Source: Methanobacteriota archaeon (GTDB taxonomy: Archaea > Halobacteriota > Bog-38 > Methanoflorentales > Methanoflorentaceae). From it: a DNA stretch of 64,000 nucleotides. The notes below the pieces were generated by a model. It was not told the DNA's origin. It saw only the letters and a list, made by a program, of their open reading frames with translations, and did no database searches. Positions 50,351 through 61,049 of the stretch are shown here, in pieces; the first letter of the stretch is position 1; each line of letters begins with the position of its first letter. The position numbers and the translations under genes were made by a program. The stretch is from contig CAVRAO010000002.1 of NCBI GenBank assembly GCA_963719035.1, positions 256,001 through 320,000 on the forward strand, read 5' to 3'.

Positions 50351-50743
50351 ATGGAAGAAAACTTTGGGGTTCTCGTACTAGGTCACGGGAGCAAGTTAAC
50401 CTACAACAAAAGTACCGTAGAAGCTGTGGCAAACATGCTTGCAGAAAGAATGAACGACGCTATCATAAAAACCGCATATCTCAACATGGATAGCCCAACC
50501 GTTGAGGAAGGGATCAAAAGTTTTGCTTCTACTAGCGTCAAAACGCTTTACGTGCTTCCGCTTTTTCTCGCTCACGGGACTCACACCTTAAAGGATATCC
50601 CTGAGATTCTCGGATTGTCAGACGGCCAACGGCGAACCACGCATTCGTTCGACGATAGAATTGTCGACGTTGTCTATGCAGAGCCACTTGGCATCGATCC
50701 TTGTATCGCTGATTTGGCGCTTAAAAGGCTTAAAGAGGCCTAA
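50351..50743 (+). CDS. cfbA: Sirohydrochlorin nickelochelatase
   Basis: LGHGSK, AYLNM, PLFLAHGTHTLKDIP, YAEPLG; cfb context. Confidence 0.9.
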   Translation: MEENFGVLVLGHGSKLTYNKSTVEAVANMLAERMNDAIIKTAYLNMDSPTVEEGIKSFASTSVKTLYVLPLFLAHGTHTLKDIPEILGLSDGQRRTTHSFDDRIVDVVYAEPLGIDPCIADLALKRLKEA

Positions 50744-50750
50744 ATCCCTC

Positions 50751-52058
50751 ATGGACTTCAGCGGCAAAAAAGTAGCCGTTTTAGACACAATTCACGGCGC
50801 GAACGAGATCTGCAAAAAACTGCGCGAAATTGGATCAGCCGCAATTGCGATCAATATCTATCACAACACGCCAACACCTGACGTGATCGACTCCTTTGAC
50901 GTGGTCATAACACCCGTTCATGCCCACACTGCGCTCGTAGCACGCGCTCAAGCTTTGGATATCCCTGTGTTGACACACCACCAAGCCGTGGGCCAGCTCG
51001 TGCGACAAACTGAAGTGTTGCGTGACGCTCTCGTGTTTGAAGTGACCGGCGTCAAAGGAAAAACGTCGACTGCAGCGCTTTTGAGTAACGTTTACGCGGA
51101 TCGAAAGCTGCTTACGCTGACGAGTCTCGGACTCGAAGTTTCTGAAAATGGGCGATATATCGCAAAGAAACGGCTGAGCATTACCCCCGCAAGCATATTG
51201 ACTGCTATAGACCTTGCCAAGGAGTTCGACTTCGATCCCGAGGTGTATATCTTTGAGGTGTCGCTTGGTGGAACCGGGCTTGCCGATATGAACATCATTA
51301 CGACGTTGTTGCCGGAGTACGAGATTGCACAACACACAAAAACTTCAACGTTAGCAAAATTACAGATGATAACAAACGCTAAAGAGAGTTCGTGCCTCAT
51401 CGCCCCTACTAAAGCAGCACCCCTCATAAAACATAACTGCTGCCTCAATACCTTCGGCGATAGTAGCGCAAACGTACGATATGAGAGTACAAGAAGCAAC
51501 GAAGCGACGATAGCATACTCCGATTTAGAGCGTATGGATGGAAGTTTGGCATCGGGGGAGCTACACTTTGCCCTTTCCGGTTACTTTGACTTTAAGAGTT
51601 ATGAAAACTCCCTCCTGTCTTTCACGGCTGCAGCACTGTCGGCGAACCTTAGTCCTGAAACGATTAGCAGTCAGCTATCGCACTTCAAGGGAGTATTAGG
51701 GAGAATGGCTGCAGCAACATTAAACGGACGATTCCTGATCGACAACTCAAATTCTGGCCTCGACGAACTGTCTATTAAACAAGCAATACAGTACGGACTT
51801 ACGTTCAAGAAAGCGGGCCATAAAGTTGTCTTAATCATCGGCATGGAGGCAAACGTCTGTGAAGGTATAGCTACAGAAACCCTCATATCGCTTACTGAAA
51901 GTGATGCACTCGACCACGTTGTCTTCGTTAGCGATCAAGTACAAACTTTAAGAGAGGGTATCGTCCAAACGAATAACCTAGAGAGCGCATTACGTAAGGC
52001 TCTCGAACTGACCAACGCCAATGACGTCATTATTTCGTGTGTAAAAATGTGGAGGTAG
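50751..52058 (+). CDS. cfbE: Coenzyme F430 synthetase (Mur-ligase-like)
   Basis: [57 protein letters not shown]. Confidence 0.92.
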   Translation: MDFSGKKVAVLDTIHGANEICKKLREIGSAAIAINIYHNTPTPDVIDSFDVVITPVHAHTALVARAQALDIPVLTHHQAVGQLVRQTEVLRDALVFEVTGVKGKTSTAALLSNVYADRKLLTLTSLGLEVSENGRYIAKKRLSITPASILTAIDLAKEFDFDPEVYIFEVSLGGTGLADMNIITTLLPEYEIAQHTKTSTLAKLQMITNAKESSCLIAPTKAAPLIKHNCCLNTFGDSSANVRYESTRSNEATIAYSDLERMDGSLASGELHFALSGYFDFKSYENSLLSFTAAALSANLSPETISSQLSHFKGVLGRMAAATLNGRFLIDNSNSGLDELSIKQAIQYGLTFKKAGHKVVLIIGMEANVCEGIATETLISLTESDALDHVVFVSDQVQTLREGIVQTNNLESALRKALELTNANDVIISCVKMWR

Positions 52059-52064
52059 CATAAA

Positions 52065-53219
52065 GTGTCATCAAAAACGCACGGAGCAGACACAATTGCT
52101 GAGCAGGTTATCCATCCTAGACCGAGCTCGATCGTCGCCGCGCTGTATACCCTAAGAGATCTAGAAGCTGATGTCGTTATCATACACGGGCCATCAGGCT
52201 GTTGCTTCAAGCATAGCCGACTCCTCGAGGAGGACGGGATTCACGTTATCACGACAGCAATGGATGAAACTAATTTCGTATTCGGAGGCGACAAAATCCT
52301 TGCAAGGGTGATAACGCGAGCAGTGGAGCTGTTCAATCCAAATCTTATGGGTGTGATCGGCTCGTGTGCGAGCATGATAATTGGCGAAGATATCCATCAG
52401 GCTGTGCACGACGCAAGCCCCCCCTGCCCTGTAATAGAAGTTGAGATTCACGCCGGGTACAGAGATAATACTTATGGCGCCATCGCGACGCTCGCCGCAG
52501 CGGTTCAAGCAGGGGTGATCGATCATGCTGAATATCAACGACAAAAGGAGCTACTCGTCGAAGCGACCAATCTGGAAAAAATGGCTGGAGTGGCTAGCAA
52601 AGAGTACATCCCCCCTTCGCGCGGTGACATCAAATACGTGACTGCTAAGAAGTTGCTCGAGCTTTTAGAAAACAAAAAGAAAGGGCTTATCGTTTTAAAT
52701 GCTAAAAAAGAGACCGCATATCAATTTGTTGACGTTCTGGTCGCGCTCACAACCGTTGCAAGCGACGTAGGCAATGAATGCCTCAAGACTTTTGCCAATC
52801 TCGACGTTGACGTTGGATTGCCGAGACTAAGAAAGCACGCAGAGAATATTTTAAAAGACTTAGCAGCAAGCGACGTTTCCATCGACTACATCACAGGTGG
52901 ATTGGACGAGTATCCCGTCACGGGGGTTCGTGCCGGACGCTTGATTGAAGAGCACTACAGCGACTATGACTTTGCGGTCCTACTGGGCGTTCCACACGCC
53001 GTTCCAATGAAGAATTTAGGTCAGAAAACAATTTTTTCAGTCACCAATGGACCTCGACAAGTTGAGCCCCTAAAACAACTTGGTCACGCGCACGTTACGG
53101 TCGAGATAGACCTACATCCAAAAACGCTCGGTGTAAGTCACATCGTGCCATCAGAACTTGGAGACACTTTGCGTGCAGTGTTTTTAGAAGAGCGCGAAAA
53201 AACCACACAAACGGAGTGA
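52065..53219 (+). CDS. cfbD: Ni-sirohydrochlorin a,c-diamide reductive cyclase, catalytic subunit
   Basis: [53 protein letters not shown]. Confidence 0.95.
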   Translation: MSSKTHGADTIAEQVIHPRPSSIVAALYTLRDLEADVVIIHGPSGCCFKHSRLLEEDGIHVITTAMDETNFVFGGDKILARVITRAVELFNPNLMGVIGSCASMIIGEDIHQAVHDASPPCPVIEVEIHAGYRDNTYGAIATLAAAVQAGVIDHAEYQRQKELLVEATNLEKMAGVASKEYIPPSRGDIKYVTAKKLLELLENKKKGLIVLNAKKETAYQFVDVLVALTTVASDVGNECLKTFANLDVDVGLPRLRKHAENILKDLAASDVSIDYITGGLDEYPVTGVRAGRLIEEHYSDYDFAVLLGVPHAVPMKNLGQKTIFSVTNGPRQVEPLKQLGHAHVTVEIDLHPKTLGVSHIVPSELGDTLRAVFLEEREKTTQTE

Positions 53220-53261
53220 AATCAAAGCGCCCCTGCTTTTTGCATCCCGCACCAACAGACA

Positions 53262-54700
53262 ATGGAGCAAACAGATAGAAGCGTACCCCGGATACTTATC
53301 GCGGCTGACAGGAGTTCCGCGGGAAAAACGACAATCGCAACCGGCTGATGTCGGTTTTATCCAAGGAAGGACATGTCGTCCAGCCGTTCAAAGTCGGATT
53401 GGACTATATTGACCCGAGCTATCACTCAGAGGTTACCGGACGCTTTTCCCGTAACCTCGACGGCTATTTAATGGATCGGCATACGATCACTGAGGTTTTC
53501 TACCACGCGATGCGAGGCGCCGATATTGGGATCATAGAAGGTGTACGAGGTCTTTACGAAGGTTTGGAAAGCTTAAGTGACGTTGGAAGTACAGCGCAAA
53601 TCGCTAAGATGCTCAACTGCCCGGTCATACTCATTATCGACGCACGAAGCATAACACGAAGCACAGCAGCACTCGTTAAGGGTTACTGTTCATTTGATAA
53701 GCGAATTGACATAAGAGGGGTCATACTCAACAAAATTGGCAGCCTAACGCATGCAGCTAAGGCAAAAAAAGCTATTGAACATTACACCGGTATAGAGGTC
53801 ATAGGACAGATCCCACGCAAGGATTCAATACACCTGACGATGCGCCACTTGGGTCTCGTCCCTGCTTCTGAAGGGCTCAAAAGAGACGTTACTTTTAGAA
53901 AACAACTCGACAACATTGAGGATGTAATTCAATGCATCGACGTAGACAAGGTAGTGCAAATCGCAAAAAGCGCTGGGAAACTGCCAAGAGTTAAGCCCAA
54001 GGCGTTTGTTTCTTCGAATAAAGAAGGGGTTGCGCACAAGAGGGGCGTGCATATAGGCGTCGCTTGCGATGAGGCTTTCAACTTTTACTACCGCGATTTA
54101 TTTGATCTTTTGTCCCTCAATGGCACAAAAACCATCTCATTCAGTCCGTTGCACGATGAGAAGATACCTAACGTTGATGGCATCTATATCGGCGGAGGAT
54201 ACCCTGAACTCTTTGCCGATGAACTGGAACGTAACCGTTCAATGCGCGATTCAATCGCGTTACACGCTCAAGCAGATATGCCCGTGTTCGCAGAGTGCGG
54301 CGGCCTCATGTATCTGACCGAATCGTTGACGTACGGCGGACGAAGCTCGAGGATGGTAGGCGTGATTCCCGCAAACGCCAATATGAAAAAAAAACGGGTT
54401 ATTGGCTATGTTGCCGGTACAACGGTTCGTGACAACGTCATTGGACGCAAAGGAACCAAGTTTCGGGGCCATGAATTTCACTATTCTGAGCTCACCGACC
54501 TAGGGAGCAAACCTAAATTTGCGTTTCAGCTGCAAAAAGGCGCGGGTATTTCAGACGGTTGCGATGGCGTACAAGTAGGACAAACCCTTGCTTCATTCAC
54601 TCACTTGCATCCGCTCTCGTACCCCGATCTTGCTGCTCACTTCGCACGATCGTGCGCGAAGTTTACGGACCAAACAGCTCACAGCAAGCGATCTCTCTAA
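53262..54700 (+). CDS. cfbB: Ni-sirohydrochlorin a,c-diamide synthase (one base missing at about 53344)
   Basis: PRILIAADRSSAGKTT in upstream frame, then FKVGLDYIDPSYH, EGVRGLYEG, MRHLGL, GGGYPE, AECGG, GHEFHYS. Confidence 0.92.
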
Positions 54701-55214
54701 TAAATACCGTGTTAAACGCTGCTAAAGCATGAGGATCGGTAGCCGTGGTTATACTCCCGTCTCGCTCCACTGATCTACCCGAATAGTTTGCGCCCGCCTC
54801 CTGCAATTCTCGTCCGACGGTAGGGTGCGACGTCAACGTCTTATTCTTGACAATTCCAGCTGAAATAAGCACTTGTGGGCCGTGACAAACCGCGCCGATC
54901 TGCAATCCTCGCTCGTAGGCCTCTCTAACAACTTTTTGGACGTCCGGATCGGCCCTTATCTTTGATGGCGCTTTTCCGCCTGGTATGTAGAGGGCGGTAA
55001 AGCCTTGAGCGTTGACGTCACGCACAAGCTTGTCGGGAATTACCGACTCGTCGCCGTGCAGCCCCCTAAGCACGTCTTTCACGATGCTCACAACTGTTAG
55101 TTCAGCTCCTTCTAGCAAAAGCGCGCCAGCGACGTCTCGAAACTCAGAGTCATCAAATTCTGACGCCAGCAAAATGAGAACACGTTTTCCTTCCAACCTC
55201 TTGATAATTGCCAT
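54663..55214 (-). CDS. PfpI/DJ-1 family protein
   Basis: FDDSEF, YIPGG, AVCHGPQVL. Confidence 0.88.
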   Translation of the reverse strand: MAIIKRLEGKRVLILLASEFDDSEFRDVAGALLLEGAELTVVSIVKDVLRGLHGDESVIPDKLVRDVNAQGFTALYIPGGKAPSKIRADPDVQKVVREAYERGLQIGAVCHGPQVLISAGIVKNKTLTSHPTVGRELQEAGANYSGRSVERDGSITTATDPHALAAFNTVFIREIACCELFGP

Positions 55215-55479
55215 AGAATCCTGTTACTGACAGCTTTACAAAAAACTTGTCCACGCTTTGAACAACATTCTTCATTAAATCGCTATTTGGCAATGATAAA
55301 AGTCTGTGATTCATGTCTGACTGATTGACGGCCGATATCCAACTGGTTCGTCTTGTTTATGCAACACCCCATTTTATGGCCAGCAGGGAACCGTAACCTA
55401 AAGAGCCTTATCAATGAATTTCAGATTTCCATTCTTTGCGTTGCCCACTCAGGCCCGTTATCCCCCGACTTCTGAACAT

Positions 55480-55505
55480 CAAACATCACCCTCAAACATC
55501 ACCCT
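55480..55505. repeat. 13-bp perfect tandem duplication
   Basis: CAAACATCACCCT twice, upstream of moaC. Confidence 0.8.
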
Positions 55506-55561
55506 TTTTTATGACGACGTAGTAACTTCAAGAAAGTTTATTTCACAACGGTGGATTATTC

Positions 55562-56029
55562 ATGGAGTTTACACATATTAAGAACGGCAAAGCACAGCAG
55601 GTGGATATCTCGAATAAAGCGGTAGCTTCGAGGCGCGCTCTCGCAGAAGGGACTATTGAGCTCAAACCAGAGACAATAGGAGCGATAAAACAGGGTTCGA
55701 TAGAAAAAGGAAACGTTCTAAACACAGCGACAGTTGCCGCTGTGCTTGCTACCAAGCAGACCTCACAAATTATTCCGTTGTGTCATAATATCCCTCTAAC
55801 GAGCATCCAAGTGAACTACTCACTGCAAGACTCAACGATCAAGGCAACCGTTGAAGTTAAGTCTGAAGGGAAGACAGGAGTTGAAATGGAAGCGATAACG
55901 GGTGTAAGCGTAGCACTTTTAACGATATGGGATATGGTGAAAAGCGTTGAAAAGGATGCCACCGGCAACTACCCCGTGACCAAGATTCGGGATATTCGCG
56001 TCTTAGAAAAGATCAAAGTAATAAAGTGA
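55562..56029 (+). CDS. moaC: Cyclic pyranopterin monophosphate synthase
   Basis: VDISNK, EKGNVL, IPLCHNIPL, KTGVEMEA, IWDMVK. Confidence 0.95.
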   Translation: MEFTHIKNGKAQQVDISNKAVASRRALAEGTIELKPETIGAIKQGSIEKGNVLNTATVAAVLATKQTSQIIPLCHNIPLTSIQVNYSLQDSTIKATVEVKSEGKTGVEMEAITGVSVALLTIWDMVKSVEKDATGNYPVTKIRDIRVLEKIKVIK

Positions 56030-56166
56030 GTTTAGCATTGAGAGCGATGATCTATTTGCCTAACGTGAGAAGTGTATCAGGAAAAGTAGTGCAACTCAGT
56101 TGGCCATTCGCGTCTGTTGGTAAAGGTCTCAAATCTGGCTAGCTTACAAACAAGCGTGGACTCGCC

Positions 56167-57015
56167 ATGATAACCGCATCAGCACAAGGAGCAGGCACCG
56201 TCATTAATGCTATCGCAACGCTCAAAGGTTCTGCTTTTGCAATAAACCTAAAGACTTATTCTGAGGTTGAGATCGTCGACCATGGCATCAAATGCGAAAT
56301 TGCTGACAGTCCCGCAGCGGATACCGCGCTTATAGAGGAATGTGCGCGCTTAGTGCTGAAACGATTTGCCCCAAATGTTGGCGTGCGCATTGCTACGAGA
56401 AGCGAGATACCAATCGCCCGCGGACTGAAAAGCAGCAGCGCAGCAGCCAATGCGACGGTGCTTGGACTCATTGAAGCGCTCGAAATTGAAATAGAGCCGA
56501 TCGAGATCGTTAGACTAGGCGTCCTTGCTGCGAGAAGAACAGGGGTGACAATCACCGGTGCTTTCGATGATGCGTGCGCATCGTTTTTCGGAGGGCTTGT
56601 AATTACCGACAATGAGCACGACTTGCTGTTAAAGCGCGTTGAGTGGAATGCCGACGTTCTTATCCTCGTGCCGCACGAAAAGGCCTACTCGGCGAAAGCC
56701 GACGTAGCACGAGCAAAACTTCTCGCACCATGGGTCGACATAGCATTTGATTTAGCGAGCAATGGAGCCTTCGAAAAGGCAATGGTTTTGAACGGCGTGC
56801 TTTACTGCAACGCGTTTGGATTTAGTACGGAACCGATAATGTCCGCGTTGGCTGCCGGAGCAAGAGCTGCTACGCTATCAGGAACGGGACCGTCATATAT
56901 CGCGCTCGTCGACCGCGCGTCTGCTCAACCCGTAAAAAAAGAGTGGGAGCAGTTTGAAGGGCTCATCATTGAAACGAAAGTTACGAATCAAGGAGCAATG
57001 ACAAAAGCGCTTTAA
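56167..57015 (+). CDS. aroK: Archaeal (GHMP-family) shikimate kinase
   Basis: TVINAIAT, IPIARGLKSSSA, TITGAFDDA, LSGTGPS. Confidence 0.92.
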   Translation: MITASAQGAGTVINAIATLKGSAFAINLKTYSEVEIVDHGIKCEIADSPAADTALIEECARLVLKRFAPNVGVRIATRSEIPIARGLKSSSAAANATVLGLIEALEIEIEPIEIVRLGVLAARRTGVTITGAFDDACASFFGGLVITDNEHDLLLKRVEWNADVLILVPHEKAYSAKADVARAKLLAPWVDIAFDLASNGAFEKAMVLNGVLYCNAFGFSTEPIMSALAAGARAATLSGTGPSYIALVDRASAQPVKKEWEQFEGLIIETKVTNQGAMTKAL

Positions 57016-57071
57016 AAATTCACTTGCTTGCAGGCCAACATTCTTCTAATGCGAGGGACATATAAAGTTAG

Positions 57072-57356
57072 ATGATAGAAGAGGTGCGAAGTCAAATAGA
57101 AGCGATCGACGCGGACATCGTCGAATTAATAGCACAAAGAACAGACTTAGCTTCGCAGGTGTTGCACGCAAAAAGAGCGGACGGTTTTACTGAGATCAAC
57201 GACGAAAAGCAAAACGAGCGAGTGCTCAGCAGGGCAGTTGACTCGGCTACCGAACGAAATATAGACGCTGGTTCAGTGAAAGCAATTTTTGAGATTCTTA
57301 TTGCGATGAACTTGGAAATGCAGCACGGCCTGAGTGGGGAAGGTAATCTGCCGTAG
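57072..57356 (+). CDS. Chorismate mutase (AroQ type)
   Basis: VRSQIEAIDADIVELIAQR...K; follows aroK. Confidence 0.85.
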   Translation: MIEEVRSQIEAIDADIVELIAQRTDLASQVLHAKRADGFTEINDEKQNERVLSRAVDSATERNIDAGSVKAIFEILIAMNLEMQHGLSGEGNLP

Positions 57357-57397
57357 CTCCAACGGCGCTGTGCGAAGACACGACGACTCCCGCCAAT

Positions 57398-58372
57398 ATG
57401 ATCTATCAGCAAAACGGGATATCTGTTAGTTTTGACGACGGGACAAAGTTTAGACTGGATCCACGGACGTACTCACCCGATGAAGTTAATCTAATCTCGC
57501 ACGGACACTCCGATCACTTACCGACACGCTGCAACGGCAAAAGCATCGTGATGTCAGAAGTCACACAAACGTTGCTGAAAGTAAGAAAAAACGCCTCCGC
57601 CGATATATTAAGTCACGGTTCAGTAAGCGCACTTGACGCAGGTCACGTTATTGGATCGCATATGTTTTTGCTGGAAGGCAATCACACTGTGCTCTACACA
57701 GGCGACTTTTGCACCAAAGAGAAGTTCTTTTCACACGGTGCGCAGCCCGTCAATGTCGACGTTTTAGTTGTCGAATCCACATTCGGAAGCGAACAGTATA
57801 TTTTTCCAGAGACAAAAAAAATCGCCGAGCAAATCCAAGAATGTGTCACTTCCTGTATAGAACACGATGAATCAGTGATCGTTCTTGCCTACCCTTTTGG
57901 AAAGGCGCAAGAGCTTACACATCTTCTTCGAGATTATGTTCCATTTGTTGATAGCAGCATTTTCAAGATAAATGAAGAGCTGAATAATTTTGGCTATAAG
58001 TTTCACCACCAGCTATTCGACGCTTCATCCATCAAAGAATCACGAGAGCCTTTTGTGTTCATTTCGAGCGGGAACGCAAAGCAGCACAGAGATCTTAACG
58101 AAATGCCATGTGGAAAAAAACGCACACTTGCAGTTTCAGGATGGGCGATTAATCGTGGTTTCAAATACTACCGAGGCGTAGACTACGCTTTTGCATTATC
58201 AGACCACGCTGATTTTCAAGATCTTATGACCTTTATTAACCGCTGCAACCCAGAGCTCGTCTATACATGTCACGGCTATGCAAAGCGGTTTGCGCGTCTT
58301 GTTCACGATCGCCTCGGCATTGAAGCTATGCCGCTCGAAAAAGGACAACAATTTTTATCTAACTATGTTTAA
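57398..58372 (+). CDS. MBL-fold beta-CASP nuclease-like protein
   Basis: SHGHSDH, AGHVIGS, YTGDF, VESTFG, GKAQE, SGW, LSDHAD, HG. Confidence 0.85.
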   Translation: MIYQQNGISVSFDDGTKFRLDPRTYSPDEVNLISHGHSDHLPTRCNGKSIVMSEVTQTLLKVRKNASADILSHGSVSALDAGHVIGSHMFLLEGNHTVLYTGDFCTKEKFFSHGAQPVNVDVLVVESTFGSEQYIFPETKKIAEQIQECVTSCIEHDESVIVLAYPFGKAQELTHLLRDYVPFVDSSIFKINEELNNFGYKFHHQLFDASSIKESREPFVFISSGNAKQHRDLNEMPCGKKRTLAVSGWAINRGFKYYRGVDYAFALSDHADFQDLMTFINRCNPELVYTCHGYAKRFARLVHDRLGIEAMPLEKGQQFLSNYV

Positions 58373-58472
58373 AACGCCGCTGGTAACAAAACTGATGCTC
58401 TATGATGACTTGAAAAAGCACATCTAACGAGTATATATAACAAAAGCCGTCAATTTACATTGGAGATAAAAG

Positions 58473-58706
58473 ATGTCGGATACCAACGTTAACCAAACGA
58501 AGATACTAGATTATCTTAAAAAAGGGGTTACGCGAGGTAAACAATTCTTTAAAAGCAAATCAATCGCACGAGAGCTTGGCTTAAGCACTAATGAAGTCGG
58601 CACAAATATAAGCATGTTAGTCGACAACTCCGACGATATCGTCATTGAGAAATGGAGCTATTCTCACGGGACGACTTGGCGCGTGTATACCGCAAAAGAA
58701 GCTTAA
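58473..58706 (+). CDS. Small winged-helix protein (DUF7123-like)
   Basis: FFKSKSIARELGLSTNEVG, IEKWSYSHGTTWRV. Confidence 0.7.
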   Translation: MSDTNVNQTKILDYLKKGVTRGKQFFKSKSIARELGLSTNEVGTNISMLVDNSDDIVIEKWSYSHGTTWRVYTAKEA

Positions 58707-58740
58707 GAACTATCTTTTTTAAGAAAGCTTCGGTGAGCCA

Positions 58741-59304
58741 TTGACTTCGATCTTAGTCATAAATAACTACGGCCAATTTGCCCACCTGATTCATCGCGCT
58801 GTTCGTGACCTTGGCGTTGATTGCGAACTCGTGAAAAACACGCTCGACGTTGACGAAATATTACAACGAGATCCGGACGGTTTGATTTTGAGCGGTGGTC
58901 CGAGCATGGATCGCATCGGAAACTGCAAGCTCTACGTCAAAGAGATAAACTTGCCTATATTAGGGATTTGCCTAGGTCATCAGCTCATTGCCGAGAGTTT
59001 TGGTGGCGCCGTTAGTAAAGGCGTCTCAGGCGGATACGCGCACGTTACTGTGGAAATCATCGAACCAAATGATATTCTTGTCGAGATGGGGCCAGTCATT
59101 AACACGTGGGCATCACACGCAGACGAAGTCAATCGTTTGCCGAAGGATTTTACGAAACTTGCACGTTCTGAGGTTTGTGAAGTGGAAGCAATGAAACACC
59201 GCGGCAAGCCTATTTATGGCGTTCAGTGGCATCCTGAAGTGGCACATACGGAATCGGGAAGCACCCTTCTACTGAACTTCATCAAAATCTGCGAGGAACG
59301 TTAA
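58741..59304 (+). CDS. guaAA: GMP synthase glutamine amidotransferase subunit
   Basis: NNYGQF, ILSGGP, GICLGHQ, WASHADEV, VQWHPEV. Confidence 0.92.
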   Translation: MTSILVINNYGQFAHLIHRAVRDLGVDCELVKNTLDVDEILQRDPDGLILSGGPSMDRIGNCKLYVKEINLPILGICLGHQLIAESFGGAVSKGVSGGYAHVTVEIIEPNDILVEMGPVINTWASHADEVNRLPKDFTKLARSEVCEVEAMKHRGKPIYGVQWHPEVAHTESGSTLLLNFIKICEER

Positions 59305-59522
59305 CGCTTTTGTTTTGGTGCAGAGAAGTCAATTCGAATAGCGCCCGTTGGACAGCTTCCAATGCACGTCGTACAGCCGAGGCAGAAACTGGAATTCTTA
59401 ACGACGCATTTTCTCTTGCCGTCAATGACAGCAACGCCGTAAATTCGCTGGCCCTTTGGACAAATCCTCACACATTTTCCTACACCAGTGCACTTTTCCT
59501 GATCGATAAAAATTTGAGGCAT
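59301..59522 (-). CDS. Ferredoxin
   Basis: CTGVGKCVRICP and CLGCTTCIGSCP. Confidence 0.85.
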   Translation of the reverse strand: MPQIFIDQEKCTGVGKCVRICPKGQRIYGVAVIDGKRKCVVKNSSFCLGCTTCIGSCPTGAIRIDFSAPKQKR

Positions 59523-59543
59523 TTAATGACTATTTCTGAAGAA

Positions 59544-60005
59544 TTACCGGGTAATCTCGCCGACCGGCAGTTCACTGACAAAATCATCCTTATTGAAATG
59601 GAGCGCTAACTCGCGCGAAGCAGACTCCACCGAATCGGCAGCGTGCACCAAGTTTCTCACCTGCTCTAGGCAAAAATCCCCGCGCAGACTCCCTGGCATC
59701 GCTTCAATCGGATTTGTGGACCCGACAAGTTGACGAACCGCTCGCACTGCGTTGAATCCCTCTACAGCCATTAAGATGATTGGTCCAGAGGTGACGTAGT
59801 AGACTAAATGTTCGTAAAATGGCTTGTCAACGTGTTCTGCATAGTGTTTTTTGGCCGTCTCAATATCTAAATTCTTGAATTTCAGGGCTCGAAGTTCTAG
59901 GCCTTTCTCCTCAAGTCGCGAAATGATCTCGCCAACGAGCCCCCTCTTTACCCCATCTGGCTTAATCATCACGAAAGTAGACTCAATGTGATCTTCAGAC
60001 TCCAT
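59544..60005 (-). CDS. ndk: Nucleoside diphosphate kinase
   Basis: TFVMIKPDGV, HYAEH, TSGP, PGSLRGDF, NLVHAADS. Confidence 0.95.
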   Translation of the reverse strand: MESEDHIESTFVMIKPDGVKRGLVGEIISRLEEKGLELRALKFKNLDIETAKKHYAEHVDKPFYEHLVYYVTSGPIILMAVEGFNAVRAVRQLVGSTNPIEAMPGSLRGDFCLEQVRNLVHAADSVESASRELALHFNKDDFVSELPVGEITR

Positions 60006-60015
60006 TTAGACCCTC

Positions 60016-60207
60016 TCACGCTTTTTTGCGTGCTGATCGACCGGATTCTGTCCAAGCAACACGTCGCGCAAGACGACCAAGCTTGAAGTTCTTCTCACAT
60101 TTAGACGAGCAAAAATTATGTACCGTCCCATCTCGCTTTACGAACATCTTGCCGGTGCCAAGTTCGATAGCGCTTCCGCAAAAGACGCACGTTCGCTTTT
60201 CCATCAT
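60016..60207 (-). CDS. rpl24e: 50S ribosomal protein L24e
   Basis: CVFCG, GTGKMFV, FCSSKCEKN, VAWT. Confidence 0.95.
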   Translation of the reverse strand: MMEKRTCVFCGSAIELGTGKMFVKRDGTVHNFCSSKCEKNFKLGRLARRVAWTESGRSARKKA

Positions 60208-60208
60208 C

Positions 60209-60424
60209 TCACCGTGTCATCAGTTTCTTGGCTTCGTGTGACGTTTCGCGAAGCATAAGTATGTCTCCGATTTGAACGGGGCCTACACAATTTCGCGTGA
60301 TTATTCTTCCCTTGTTTTGGCCTTCGAGGACGCGGCACTTTACCTGTTTCGCCTCTCCGTGCATTCCGGTGTTCCCCACTATTTCGATTATCTCTGCAGG
60401 CGTTGCGTCGTTATATTCTGCCAC
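60209..60424 (-). CDS. rps28e: 30S ribosomal protein S28e
   Basis: [35 protein letters not shown]. Confidence 0.95.
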   Translation of the reverse strand: MAEYNDATPAEIIEIVGNTGMHGEAKQVKCRVLEGQNKGRIITRNCVGPVQIGDILMLRETSHEAKKLMTR

Positions 60425-60454
60425 CGTATATCCTCCGTGATTTGTCCTACGAGA

Positions 60455-60835
60455 CTAGCCTGAGCGAATCGTTTTGATTTGCTCGACGATTTCGTCGACG
60501 AGGGCTTTACTCTTCCCAGCATCGATGATTGCAGCTGCTGCCGAGCCAACGTCAAGTCCTGCCGCAGCTCCGAGATCGCTCTGTCGTTTAACATATACGT
60601 ACGATATCCCTTTCTCGTCGCAAAGTGGGGGAATGTGTGCGAGGATTTCTTCAGGTTGAACATCTACACTAATTAATACGAGTTGAACGATTCCTCGCTC
60701 AATCGCTTTCGTGACTTCGTTCGTACCCTTCTTTATTTTCCCTGTATCACGGGCGCTCTCCAAGGCTTCTAACGACTTGTTTTCGATCTCGTCTGGAGTG
60801 TCAAATTTTACAAACATTGGTTTTGCCATACTCAC
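60455..60835 (-). CDS. rpl7ae: 50S ribosomal protein L7Ae
   Basis: [37 protein letters not shown]. Confidence 0.96.
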   Translation of the reverse strand: MSMAKPMFVKFDTPDEIENKSLEALESARDTGKIKKGTNEVTKAIERGIVQLVLISVDVQPEEILAHIPPLCDEKGISYVYVKRQSDLGAAAGLDVGSAAAAIIDAGKSKALVDEIVEQIKTIRSG

Positions 60836-60890
60836 ATACCTCTTTCAGGATCCGAACGTAATAGCGAATCCTGTCATCAGTCATCGATAT
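60836..60890 (-). promoter_or_regulatory. Putative K-turn (box C/D-like) autoregulatory leader of L7Ae
   Basis: Minus strand: TGATGA-CAGGATTCG...CGGATCCTGA directly before the GAGGT SD. Confidence 0.6.
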
Positions 60891-61049
60891 AGGTGCTCTA
60901 ATAGGAACCTAAAAAGCTGTATCGACCAAGCTTATTCTCGTCAATAGCCGCTTGCGATATCCTGTTGGTGTCCTCATTTTATATGGTTAGGTATAAATGC
61001 TTTTTCGATGCGCATTTAGCTCGCCGATCTATGGCTTCGTTAACTCGTC

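Noticed and set aside
52065-53219. Nitrogenase (NifD-like gene, plus NifX-like genes at 38.5-39.2 kb)
   Set aside because: Sequence and context identify CfbD; NifX-family proteins occur widely without nif, and there is no nifHDK here
1804-54700. Split gatA, valS, mcrG, mcrB and cfbB as pseudogenes or programmed frameshifts
   Set aside because: Each is repaired by a 1-2 base correction, with no other decay and no slippery heptamer; the genes are essential, so sequencing indels are far more likely
55290-55330. Possible box C/D sRNA (ATGATAA...CTGA)
   Set aside because: Imperfect C box, too short for two guides, and no target identified
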